Below, piece by piece: positions 39,591 through 48,564 of a DNA stretch of 64,000 nucleotides (its first letter is position 1; each line of letters begins with the position of its first letter). Origin of the DNA: an uncultured Bacteroides sp. (GTDB lineage Bacteria > Bacteroidota > Bacteroidia > Bacteroidales > Bacteroidaceae). Below the pieces are notes generated by a model, which was given only the letters and a program-made list of their open reading frames with translations, ran no database searches and was not told where the DNA came from. The stretch is taken from positions 720,044 through 784,043 of the forward strand of contig NZ_CAXXKL010000003.1 in assembly GCF_963677715.2 (NCBI RefSeq), given 5' to 3'. The position numbers and the translations under genes were made by a program.

Positions 39591-40646
39591 ATGGCAAAGA
39601 AAAATGAATCATTAAAAAAAAGACTGATACAGGAGAACTCCACCGTAATGGAGAGAATCAGGCTGCGGCTAATAAATGAATTATTTCGCCGCTATGCCAA
39701 TGGCAAGGCTACCGGGCGGGAGAAAAAAATTATTGAGCAATGGGATGCTGAAGATTATTGGGAGAAATACCGCATGCACATTAATGACGAAGAGGCAGAA
39801 GTGGGAACGCAGGAGGTATGGAAACGCATAATGAAACAAATTGAGAATGAAAAACCGGCAATGCAGAAGAGGCTAAAACCTGTGTTATACAAATACGCCG
39901 CCATGGCAGCCGCAGTTTTTATCCTGGCAGGCAGCTATTTCACACTGCGTGAACTCATCGTACATCAAGATTACGCAAAGTATGCTACGGCCTATACCGA
40001 AATAGCATTTAAAACAGGCGAACGTGAAATGCGCCGCGTCACACTGCCGGACGGTAGCGTAATTCATCTCAATGCCGGCAGTGAACTCAGCTATATAAAA
40101 GAGACTTTTAACACCCACACCCGAAACGTAAATTTACATGGAGAGGCATTTTTCGAGGTAGCTCACAATCCTCAAAAGCCATTTATTATTTACGCCAATG
40201 GGCTGAGAGCAACCGTTCGAGGCACTTCCTTCAATATCAAAGCCTATTCCGAACTGGCAGAATGTGTGGTTTCGGTAAGAAGCGGAAAAGTGGAGGTAGG
40301 CAACCAAAGCAAAACAATAAATATGCTTACCAAAAACATGCGCTTTACTTACTGCACAGATAAACAGATATATAAAACAGACTACGACAATTGGGAAAAC
40401 GCCGCCGGCTGGATGAGCGGACGACTGATACTGACCAACGCAAGTATCAGAGAATTGAGCCTCCGCCTGAAGCAACATTTCGGCGTTGAACTGAGCGTAG
40501 AAAAACAAGCCTTGAGCCCGATCATGCTAAACGCTGCATTCGAAAAAGAAGCGACGCTGCACGATGTTATGGAAGGCATGGCACAGCTATATCACATAAA
40601 GTATCATATTAACAATAAACAGGTAACTATCTACACTAGCAAATAA
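39591..40646 (+). CDS. FecR-family anti-sigma factor
   Basis: TM helix, LPDGS...LNAGSEL.Y, R.V.L.GEAFFEV..NPQKPF, VRGTSFN.KAY. Confidence 0.93.
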   Translation: MAKKNESLKKRLIQENSTVMERIRLRLINELFRRYANGKATGREKKIIEQWDAEDYWEKYRMHINDEEAEVGTQEVWKRIMKQIENEKPAMQKRLKPVLYKYAAMAAAVFILAGSYFTLRELIVHQDYAKYATAYTEIAFKTGEREMRRVTLPDGSVIHLNAGSELSYIKETFNTHTRNVNLHGEAFFEVAHNPQKPFIIYANGLRATVRGTSFNIKAYSELAECVVSVRSGKVEVGNQSKTINMLTKNMRFTYCTDKQIYKTDYDNWENAAGWMSGRLILTNASIRELSLRLKQHFGVELSVEKQALSPIMLNAAFEKEATLHDVMEGMAQLYHIKYHINNKQVTIYTSK

Positions 40647-40658
40647 TAAAGTAAAAAC

Positions 40659-43600
40659 ATGGAAAAGAACAAAGTAAAAAAGAAAAACCTATGGGTCATT
40701 GTGCTGGCACTTTTACTATGCACTGCATATCCGCAAAACCAATTGAGCGCACAGATAGTCGGAAACAAATATCCAAAGGAGGGTCTCGTAGAACGTATTC
40801 AAAAGATCGTCAAAGCAAGCAAAAAGAATGTAGTATTCGATGCCATAATAATTAAAGACGTACAAGTTCCGGCCATAAATTCGCCCAAAAACCTATCCGT
40901 AGAGCAGGCACTGGCAAGAAGTTTAAGCTCTACTGAATTTACATACAAAATTCTGCCGGACGGATCTTATGTTATTATCAGCAGAGAGAAACAAACATCG
41001 TCTCAGCCCACCGTTATTTCTGTTCCGCTATCGGGAACGGTTAGCGAAGAAAACGGCGAACCGATACCCGGCGTTTCGGTTATCATCAAAGGGACAAATA
41101 AGGGTACTACAACCGACTTGAACGGAAAATATTCCTTAACCAACGTCTCCAACAATGCCGCACTCGTTTTTTCATTTATCGGTTACAACACACTAGAGCA
41201 AACAGTGACCGAAAACAGAAACCTGAATGCCACACTAACGGAAGCAACCAATGAGTTGAATGAAGTAGTAGTGATAGGATACGGAACTACCCAGAAGAAA
41301 GATCTCACAGGGGCCATTGCCTCCATTGACGGAGGTAAAATATCTCCGCGTCAAAACACGCAAATTATCAGTGCTCTGCAAGGAGCTATATCCGGAGTAA
41401 CCATAACACGTTCCAGTTCGGCACCGGGCACCGCCGGCAGCATTCGTGTAAGAGGCATCACCACCATCGGAAACAGTGACCCGCTTATTATTGTTGACGG
41501 AGTGCCCGTAAATAGCATGAACGATGTTAACCCCATGGATGTAGAGAACGTTACTGTGCTGAAAGACGCCGCATCCGCTTCTATCTACGGAGCAAGGGCA
41601 GCAGCGGGAGTCGTGCTGATTACCACCAAAAGAGGAGGTAAATCGGGGGTAAGTGTGGATTATAACTACAACTATTCGTTAGACATTCCCACCGAAATGC
41701 CCGATTATTATGATGCAACCAACTATATGAAAGCTCAAAACGAACTTGCATGGAATGATAATCCCGCCGGTGGAGAGTATGCCCTTCACGACAAAGATCT
41801 GATCGATAATTATAATGCACTTCATCAGGAAAATCCCGACTTATATCCCGATACAGACTGGGCAGCAATGTGCCTGAAGGCCAACGCAACACGCCAGAGC
41901 CATTTGCTGAGCATCACCTCCGGCGGACAGAAAACAAGAACCAAAGCCAGTTTTGGTTATGACGATGTGGAAGGGCTTTTTAAGAAAAATCTTTCGTGGA
42001 ATCGTGTCACCGCCCGCATCAACAACGACATCAAGTTATACAGCTGGCTGTCGGCAACCGTCGACATCAATTTAAAACTCACCGATGCTGTGAATCCGGC
42101 CTACAGTCCGTCGTCACAGATGCGCTATTCGGCTCCTATTTATTCTGCCGAATACTCCGACGGACGGGTTAGTGAAGGCAAAGCCGGAACAAACTGTTAC
42201 GGAAAAATGATGTACGGCGGCACAGACGAAACAAAAACGTATCAGGGAGGTGGAAAAATATCCATTGACATCACTCCGTTCGAAGGATTAAAAGTTTCGG
42301 GCGTCTTTGCTCCCAACTATACTTTCAGCAAAGACAAAGAGTTTCAGATAAGAGTTCCGTATACCAATTATGATAATCCCGATGTGGTGGCCGGATATTT
42401 GGAAGGAGCCGGGACAACAATGCTCACCGAAAACCGCAACGACAATTACTCACTCACCTCGCAGTTATTTGCCAATTACACAAAAAGCATTGCCCGCCAT
42501 AACTTTAACTTAATGGCCGGTTACGAAGACTATTATTACTATAATGAAAGTCTCATGGCCTCGAGAGATAAATACCAGCTGGACTATTATCCTTATCTGG
42601 ATGCCGGACCGGGAGAGTTAAAAGATAACTCCGGCACGGCTTACGAGAATGCGTATCATTCTTATTTTGCCCGTTTAATGTATAATTATAAAAACGCCTA
42701 TTACTTTCAGGCCAATGTGAGACGTGACGGATCATCGCGCTTCTACAAAGATTACCGCTGGGGTACATTCCCCTCATTCTCTGCCGGATGGATTATTTCC
42801 GAGGAGCGTTTTATGAAAGCCATACCTCTTATCTCATTTCTGAAACTACGTGGCAGTTGGGGGCAGCTGGGCAATGAGAGAATAGGTAACTATCCGTATC
42901 AAACATCCATTGAGTTCAACAATCCCGTGCTCTACGTAGGCAACACACCTACTTCCGCACAAGGAGCTTCCGCTTATCAGTACGCCATACGCGATATTTC
43001 ATGGGAAACAACGGAATCTACCGATTTTGGTTTCGATATGGATTTGTTTAGCAGTCGTTTACGCATCACAGCCGACTATTACCACAAAACCACCAAAGAC
43101 ATGTTATTGAAACTACAGATACCAAGCTATATGGGATATACCGACCCCGACCAGAATGCCGGAAGCATGAAAACCAAAGGCTGGGAAGTAGAGCTGGGCT
43201 GGAACGACCACATCGGAGAGTTGAACTATGGGCTGACCGTTAACCTGTCCGACTATAAGAGCATAATGGGTGATATGAAAGGCACGCAGGTATTGGGCAC
43301 CAACACCATTACCAAAGACGGCACATCCTACAACGAATGGTACGGATACGTAAGCGACGGCATCTTTCAATCGACCGAAGAGATAACGGCAGAAACGCCC
43401 GTAACCTCTTCGAGCGTCACGGCAGGAGATATTCGCTACAAAGACATCAGCGGACCGGATGGTGTGCCCGATGGTAAAATATCGGCCGACTACGACCGCG
43501 TTCCGCTAGGCGGATCACTTCCCCGCTACAACTACGGAGGAGCCGTTAACATGAGCTACAAAGGCATCGATTTTATGATGGCATTTCAGGGTGTGGGAAA

Positions 43601-44006
43601 ACAAAAATCGCTGATGACCGAAGAAATGGCTCGCCCACTAAGAGCTCAGTGGTATAACGTGCCCAGTTTCATTGCCGACAAATACTGGAGTAAAAACAAC
43701 ACCGCCGAGCAAAACGCCGCTGCCGAATATCCGAGATTCTCGGATACCAGCGGAAGTAATAACTACGCCATATCCGATTTCTGGTTGTTCAACGGTGCCT
43801 ACTTACGCATCAAAAACATTACTCTGGGATACACCCTTCCACAAGAATGGACATCAAAAGCCCTGATTCAGAAACTAAGACTATACGTCACATTATCAGA
43901 CTTTTTCACCTTCAGTCATTACCCCAAAGGATGGGATCCGGAGGTTAGTTCCACCGGCTATCCTATTACCAAGTCGGTTATGTTCGGAGCCTCGGTTAAG
44001 TTTTAG
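40659..44006 (+). CDS. SusC-like TonB-dependent transducer with an N-terminal STN extension
   Basis: Extra N-terminal domain (LSVEQAL...L....FTYKI) before the CarboxypepD-like domain; VLKDAASASIYGARAA.GV; ends FGASVKF. Confidence 0.95.
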   Translation: MEKNKVKKKNLWVIVLALLLCTAYPQNQLSAQIVGNKYPKEGLVERIQKIVKASKKNVVFDAIIIKDVQVPAINSPKNLSVEQALARSLSSTEFTYKILPDGSYVIISREKQTSSQPTVISVPLSGTVSEENGEPIPGVSVIIKGTNKGTTTDLNGKYSLTNVSNNAALVFSFIGYNTLEQTVTENRNLNATLTEATNELNEVVVIGYGTTQKKDLTGAIASIDGGKISPRQNTQIISALQGAISGVTITRSSSAPGTAGSIRVRGITTIGNSDPLIIVDGVPVNSMNDVNPMDVENVTVLKDAASASIYGARAAAGVVLITTKRGGKSGVSVDYNYNYSLDIPTEMPDYYDATNYMKAQNELAWNDNPAGGEYALHDKDLIDNYNALHQENPDLYPDTDWAAMCLKANATRQSHLLSITSGGQKTRTKASFGYDDVEGLFKKNLSWNRVTARINNDIKLYSWLSATVDINLKLTDAVNPAYSPSSQMRYSAPIYSAEYSDGRVSEGKAGTNCYGKMMYGGTDETKTYQGGGKISIDITPFEGLKVSGVFAPNYTFSKDKEFQIRVPYTNYDNPDVVAGYLEGAGTTMLTENRNDNYSLTSQLFANYTKSIARHNFNLMAGYEDYYYYNESLMASRDKYQLDYYPYLDAGPGELKDNSGTAYENAYHSYFARLMYNYKNAYYFQANVRRDGSSRFYKDYRWGTFPSFSAGWIISEERFMKAIPLISFLKLRGSWGQLGNERIGNYPYQTSIEFNNPVLYVGNTPTSAQGASAYQYAIRDISWETTESTDFGFDMDLFSSRLRITADYYHKTTKDMLLKLQIPSYMGYTDPDQNAGSMKTKGWEVELGWNDHIGELNYGLTVNLSDYKSIMGDMKGTQVLGTNTITKDGTSYNEWYGYVSDGIFQSTEEITAETPVTSSSVTAGDIRYKDISGPDGVPDGKISADYDRVPLGGSLPRYNYGGAVNMSYKGIDFMMAFQGVGKQKSLMTEEMARPLRAQWYNVPSFIADKYWSKNNTAEQNAAAEYPRFSDTSGSNNYAISDFWLFNGAYLRIKNITLGYTLPQEWTSKALIQKLRLYVTLSDFFTFSHYPKGWDPEVSSTGYPITKSVMFGASVKF

Positions 44007-44046
44007 TTAATCCTAGTATCATTAATCAACAAATAACTTATAAATT

Positions 44047-45786
44047 ATGAAGTTCAAACACTTATTCATATATGCTTTAGCAGGAATGGCACTCTGTTCG
44101 TGTCACGATCTGAATTTGCAACCGCTGTCAGAGGCCTCAGACGAGACCTGGTTTGCCGACAAAACGCAAGTAGAAATGAGCTTAAACACATTATACCTGC
44201 AACAGTTCTGGCCTTTATTCAAGAATTGCCTATACGGCACAAAAGACATCATGGCTATGGACGAAGCGACGGACGACTGGACCAACCGCAGTACCCTGAC
44301 CGTATTTACCAACGGTACCCTTAACGGCAATAACTCCACCGCCATTAAAGGAACCTGGGAAAACTCCTACAAAGCCATCAGCCGCTGCAACACAATACTG
44401 GCAAACATTGAACGCTCTAAAGACAACCTCACTACGGAGTTATACGAACGATACATGGGAGATGCCCGTTTTGTACGCGCCTGCCAATATTCAAGACTCA
44501 TTTCGCTCTATGGCGACGTTCCTTACTTTACGGAAGAAATAAGTCTGGAAGAAGCATACAAGATGGGACGCACGGATAAAGCAGAAGTATTGCAGCACAT
44601 CTACGATGATTTTGATTATGCTGCTCAGAAGCTGCCCGTTGCTTATGACGGCAACGAGATGAAACGAGCTACCCAAGGAGCCGCTTATGCCATGAAAGCC
44701 CGCATTGCACTTTTCTTTAAAGACTACGCAACGGCCCGCGATGCCGCTAAAAGCTGCATGGATCTGAAAATATATTCATTGTATCCCGACTTCGGCGAAT
44801 TGTTTCTGAGTAAAACAAAAAATTCAGTGGAGACCGTATTCGGCATACCCCGCTCCGTAGAGTACGGACAGATGCTTCAGGGAGGTGCCGTAACGGCCTA
44901 TCTGCCACGTACGGCAGGAGGCACAAGCACAGCCAATCCTTCATGGGATTTACTTTGCTCTTTTCTTTGTACGGACGGAAAGACCATAGACCAGTCGACC
45001 GTTTACAACCCTCAAAAACCTTTCGATAACAGAGACCCCAGATGCACGGCCACCATCGTTCCGTTCAACACCCGCCACTTGGGATTCAATTACACTCCGG
45101 AACCGGACTCAGCCAAGTGTTGGAGCTATAAGGAATCGGCCAAAATAACCAATAAAGACTCTAAAGGCGGAGATCAGTATGCCTCATACAACGGTCTGAT
45201 ACTAAAAAAAGGCATTGACGAAACATGGGTTAACAACGGCAGCTATACGGTAGATCCCGACAAGCTCATCATGCGCTATGCAGACGTATTGCTTATGTAT
45301 GCCGAAGCAAAAATAGAGTTGAATGACATAGACCAGAGTGTGCTCGATGCCATGAACACCGTGCGTGCACGAGCCTACAAAGCCGATATAAATTCGGGCA
45401 GTTACCCGCGGATAACGGAAACCGGACAAGCCGCACTGCGTCGGCTGCTACGCATAGAGCGCCGCATGGAGTTTGCTTTCGAAGGATGGCGTTACTGGGA
45501 CATCCTGCGCTGGCGCATAGCGGAAGATGTGATGAACAGACCCAATTACGGACTGCCTACCTCGGTGGCAAACTGCAAGAAGCTCATCACAAGTAAGGTA
45601 TGGTTCTTTTCGGGAACACCTCAAATTGACGAAAACGGCTCGCCCGACTTCTCTACCATGGCCGGCATAGCGCAGTATCGTGTGCTGAGCCAACGGGTGT
45701 TCGATGTAAAAAAACAATATCTATGGCCTATTCCTACGGATGATGTGTTGATTAATGCCAACCTGCAACAAAATCCGAATTATTAA
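44047..45786 (+). CDS. SusD/RagB-family lipoprotein
   Basis: Lipobox LCS-C, NRDPR, MRYADVLLMYAEA, ERRMEFAFEG.RYWD, YLWPIP...QNPNY. Confidence 0.95.
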   Translation: MKFKHLFIYALAGMALCSCHDLNLQPLSEASDETWFADKTQVEMSLNTLYLQQFWPLFKNCLYGTKDIMAMDEATDDWTNRSTLTVFTNGTLNGNNSTAIKGTWENSYKAISRCNTILANIERSKDNLTTELYERYMGDARFVRACQYSRLISLYGDVPYFTEEISLEEAYKMGRTDKAEVLQHIYDDFDYAAQKLPVAYDGNEMKRATQGAAYAMKARIALFFKDYATARDAAKSCMDLKIYSLYPDFGELFLSKTKNSVETVFGIPRSVEYGQMLQGGAVTAYLPRTAGGTSTANPSWDLLCSFLCTDGKTIDQSTVYNPQKPFDNRDPRCTATIVPFNTRHLGFNYTPEPDSAKCWSYKESAKITNKDSKGGDQYASYNGLILKKGIDETWVNNGSYTVDPDKLIMRYADVLLMYAEAKIELNDIDQSVLDAMNTVRARAYKADINSGSYPRITETGQAALRRLLRIERRMEFAFEGWRYWDILRWRIAEDVMNRPNYGLPTSVANCKKLITSKVWFFSGTPQIDENGSPDFSTMAGIAQYRVLSQRVFDVKKQYLWPIPTDDVLINANLQQNPNY

Positions 45787-45808
45787 TCCGTATTACAAGA
45801 AACCTCAA

Positions 45809-47314
45809 ATGAACAAAATAATAAATAAGAGTATTTGCTCTTTTCTATTCTTCTTGCTGCTAGTGACCGGCAACAACCCGTTGAAAGCACAAGCAACCAA
45901 TAATGACACAAAAGCCCCGCAACAATCTGTTGCGGGCCATGTGTGGTGCAACCATACAGGCATATCGGGAGTGGTAGTGACGGATGGTACCAACTTTACC
46001 GTAACCAACGGCAAAGGTTTCTACACGCTGCCGCCCAATCCGGCCTCTACGCATGTTTACATATCCTCGCCTGCCGGATACACTGTGCCGGTAGAAAACA
46101 GTGTGGCTATGTTTTGGGTAAAGTTAAACCGCGAAGCAAACACGAAGAACAACGTTGACTTTCGGTTAACGAAACTGGCGGACAAAGAGACGAATCACTA
46201 CTTCATAGCCGTTGGAGACCCGCAGGTGAGCAATAGAGCCGATCTCGAAAAGCTAAAACCCATTCTTGCAAACATAAAAGCAAAGATAGCCGGGTTACCT
46301 TCAAAAAATGTTCCGTTGCTCGTAGCAGGAGATATTGTGTTCGATACTCCCCAAATGCACACAATGAGTAAACAATACTTCTCAAAAGTAGAGCAACCGG
46401 TGTACTACTGCATCGGAAATCACGACCATGTGTACAGTAAAAAAGACTCGGCCACTTTAGACAACGACTTAACGGCAGATTCTGTTTACATCCGCCATTA
46501 CGGCCCCACACACTACTCTTTTAACCGCGGAGAGGTGCACTACGTTGTGCTGGACGATATCCGATACAAAGGAGGTCCTAAACCCGAATATACCACCGAA
46601 TTTGCTCAGGAACAATTAGATTGGTTAAAGAAAGACTTATCGTATGTGCCAAAAGAGAAGGCACTGGTTCTCCTGTTTCATGCTCCCAGCAAAACCCGCT
46701 TCAAAGCACGGATAGGTAACAATACCGAATTATACAAATTGTTGCAAGGTTATGCAAACGTGCAAACCATTTGTGGGCACACCCATTATAATTCCGTAGT
46801 GGCCGATGACGGATCGGGCATCACCGAGCATATTTTGGGAACAGCGTGCGGTAGCTTTTGGGAAAGCCCCGTGGGGCTGGACGGTTGCCCTCTGGGCTAC
46901 AAAGTGTTTGAGGTTAACGGAACGAAGTTTAAATGGAGATACATTGATTATACCGACAAGCAGAAGCTGTTTACCGTTTACAAACCCGGTGAACGCTCTC
47001 CTGCCCTCCCCCCTGCAGAAGAGCTGCTTGTTAACGTGTGGGACTGGGATCCGGCATGGGAAGTCGCCTATTCGGAAGACGGAGAAAAAACCTTTAAGCC
47101 CATGACGCGGATTAAATCGACCTATGACCCCACCGCCTATGAGTTCATCGGGCTAAAGGGAGAACGAAAAGTACCTAGTAGAAGTTGGCTGGGCTCCAGT
47201 GCTACCGACCATATTTTCTTCTGCGTTCCGTCTGCTGCGACAACAGAGATGGTTATCAAAGTAACCACCCGATTCGGAGAAGTCAGCACCCGGCACGTAG
47301 ACCTGCGCAAATAG
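45809..47314 (+). CDS. Secreted calcineurin-like metallophosphoesterase
   Basis: G..GV.VTDG N-terminal domain, GDPQ, GDIVFD, GNHD, FHAP, GHTH; signal peptide from ATG 45809. Confidence 0.88.
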   Translation: MNKIINKSICSFLFFLLLVTGNNPLKAQATNNDTKAPQQSVAGHVWCNHTGISGVVVTDGTNFTVTNGKGFYTLPPNPASTHVYISSPAGYTVPVENSVAMFWVKLNREANTKNNVDFRLTKLADKETNHYFIAVGDPQVSNRADLEKLKPILANIKAKIAGLPSKNVPLLVAGDIVFDTPQMHTMSKQYFSKVEQPVYYCIGNHDHVYSKKDSATLDNDLTADSVYIRHYGPTHYSFNRGEVHYVVLDDIRYKGGPKPEYTTEFAQEQLDWLKKDLSYVPKEKALVLLFHAPSKTRFKARIGNNTELYKLLQGYANVQTICGHTHYNSVVADDGSGITEHILGTACGSFWESPVGLDGCPLGYKVFEVNGTKFKWRYIDYTDKQKLFTVYKPGERSPALPPAEELLVNVWDWDPAWEVAYSEDGEKTFKPMTRIKSTYDPTAYEFIGLKGERKVPSRSWLGSSATDHIFFCVPSAATTEMVIKVTTRFGEVSTRHVDLRK

Positions 47315-47395
47315 ATTGTTTCCATGAGCACTATTTAACTTCAGAGCAAAGACAAATACCTGCTTTAGCCGTAAGTACCTAAATGATTTTTTTTG

Positions 47396-47530
47396 TTACA
47401 ATTTAAACAGGATTTGCAGCATTCAGGTTGCCTTTGCAAAGAAAGTTGGTTCCCTTTGCAAAGAAAACCAACTTTCTTTGCAAAGGGAACCAACTTTCTT
47501 TGTGCCCCGCCTCAGAAGCCTTCAGGAGGG
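47396..47530 (+). repeat. Copy 3 of the 22-bp palindrome-array element
   Basis: CTTTGCAAAG at 47432, 47454 and 47476; TTACAATT at 47396; AAGCCTTCAGGAGGG at 47516. Confidence 0.88.
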
Positions 47531-47566
47531 GATTATGCCTTATTGAAAAACATTAACAAAGATGAG

Positions 47567-48556
47567 TTAATTGGTAACAGATGCCACACCTTCCGTCGTC
47601 ATCCGAACGCGCTTCATGGTACCGTCAGGATTATAGTACAGACGGTCTATGCACACCGAACGCCGGAAACTCCCACCCTGTGTGTTAACACCTCCATTGT
47701 GATAGATAAAATACCAATTACCCTTAAACTCAATAATGGCCTGATGGTTGGTGTTTGAATTGCCGGCCAGCTCGTTTAATACCCCTTTGTATTCCCAAGG
47801 GCCGTTTATGCTACGGCTCATGGCATAACAAATCTTTTCGGGAAACTCAGAAGCATAAGAAAGATAATACCAGTCTCCACGTTTATGTATCCACGGCGCT
47901 TCGGTGTATCGGGGCAGGTTAACCGGCATAACAGGGCCATCGAGCTCTATCATATTCTTCTTTAATTTGGCATAATAGCACTGCGTGTTACCCCAAAACA
48001 GATAGGCTTGCCCGTCATCGTCAATAATAACGGTAGGGTCTATATCGTCCCAACTGATCTTGGTATACTGTGTGGTCATGTCATTCGTAATCAGAGCCGA
48101 GCCACGTGCGTCATGAAAAGGGCCGACGGGCGAATCGGATACGGCAACACCTATGGCTTTGCCATGAATGTCTTTATGCGTAACAGCCACGTACCAATAG
48201 AACTTTCCGTCGCGCTCTATCACCTGACTGGCCCATGCGTCGCCCTTAGCCCAACTGAAATCTTTGGCTTTAAGCGGCACGGAGTGCTCCGTCCATGTCT
48301 TCATATCGGACGAAGAGAAGACACACCACTCGTTCATCACATATCGTTCCTGCGGAGCGGGGCATTCATCGTGGCCGGTATAGATATAAACTGTTCCATG
48401 ATACGTCATTGCAGCCGGGTCTGCCGTATATTTATACCTGAACACCGGATTTCCGGTAGCAACGAAAGTAGTATCTCCCTTTGCCAGCAATCCACCGGAT
48501 GTTGCAAGTGCAAAAATCAATAAGATCAGCCGGCTCATTCTTTTTATCAGATTCAT
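47567..48556 (-). CDS. GH43 glycosidase, probable alpha-L-arabinofuranosidase
   Basis: ADPAA, WAS, IDPTV, EAPWI.KR, NHQAII; lies in an arabinan PUL. Confidence 0.88.
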   Translation of the reverse strand: MNLIKRMSRLILLIFALATSGGLLAKGDTTFVATGNPVFRYKYTADPAAMTYHGTVYIYTGHDECPAPQERYVMNEWCVFSSSDMKTWTEHSVPLKAKDFSWAKGDAWASQVIERDGKFYWYVAVTHKDIHGKAIGVAVSDSPVGPFHDARGSALITNDMTTQYTKISWDDIDPTVIIDDDGQAYLFWGNTQCYYAKLKKNMIELDGPVMPVNLPRYTEAPWIHKRGDWYYLSYASEFPEKICYAMSRSINGPWEYKGVLNELAGNSNTNHQAIIEFKGNWYFIYHNGGVNTQGGSFRRSVCIDRLYYNPDGTMKRVRMTTEGVASVTN

Positions 48557-48564
48557 CGTGTGTT

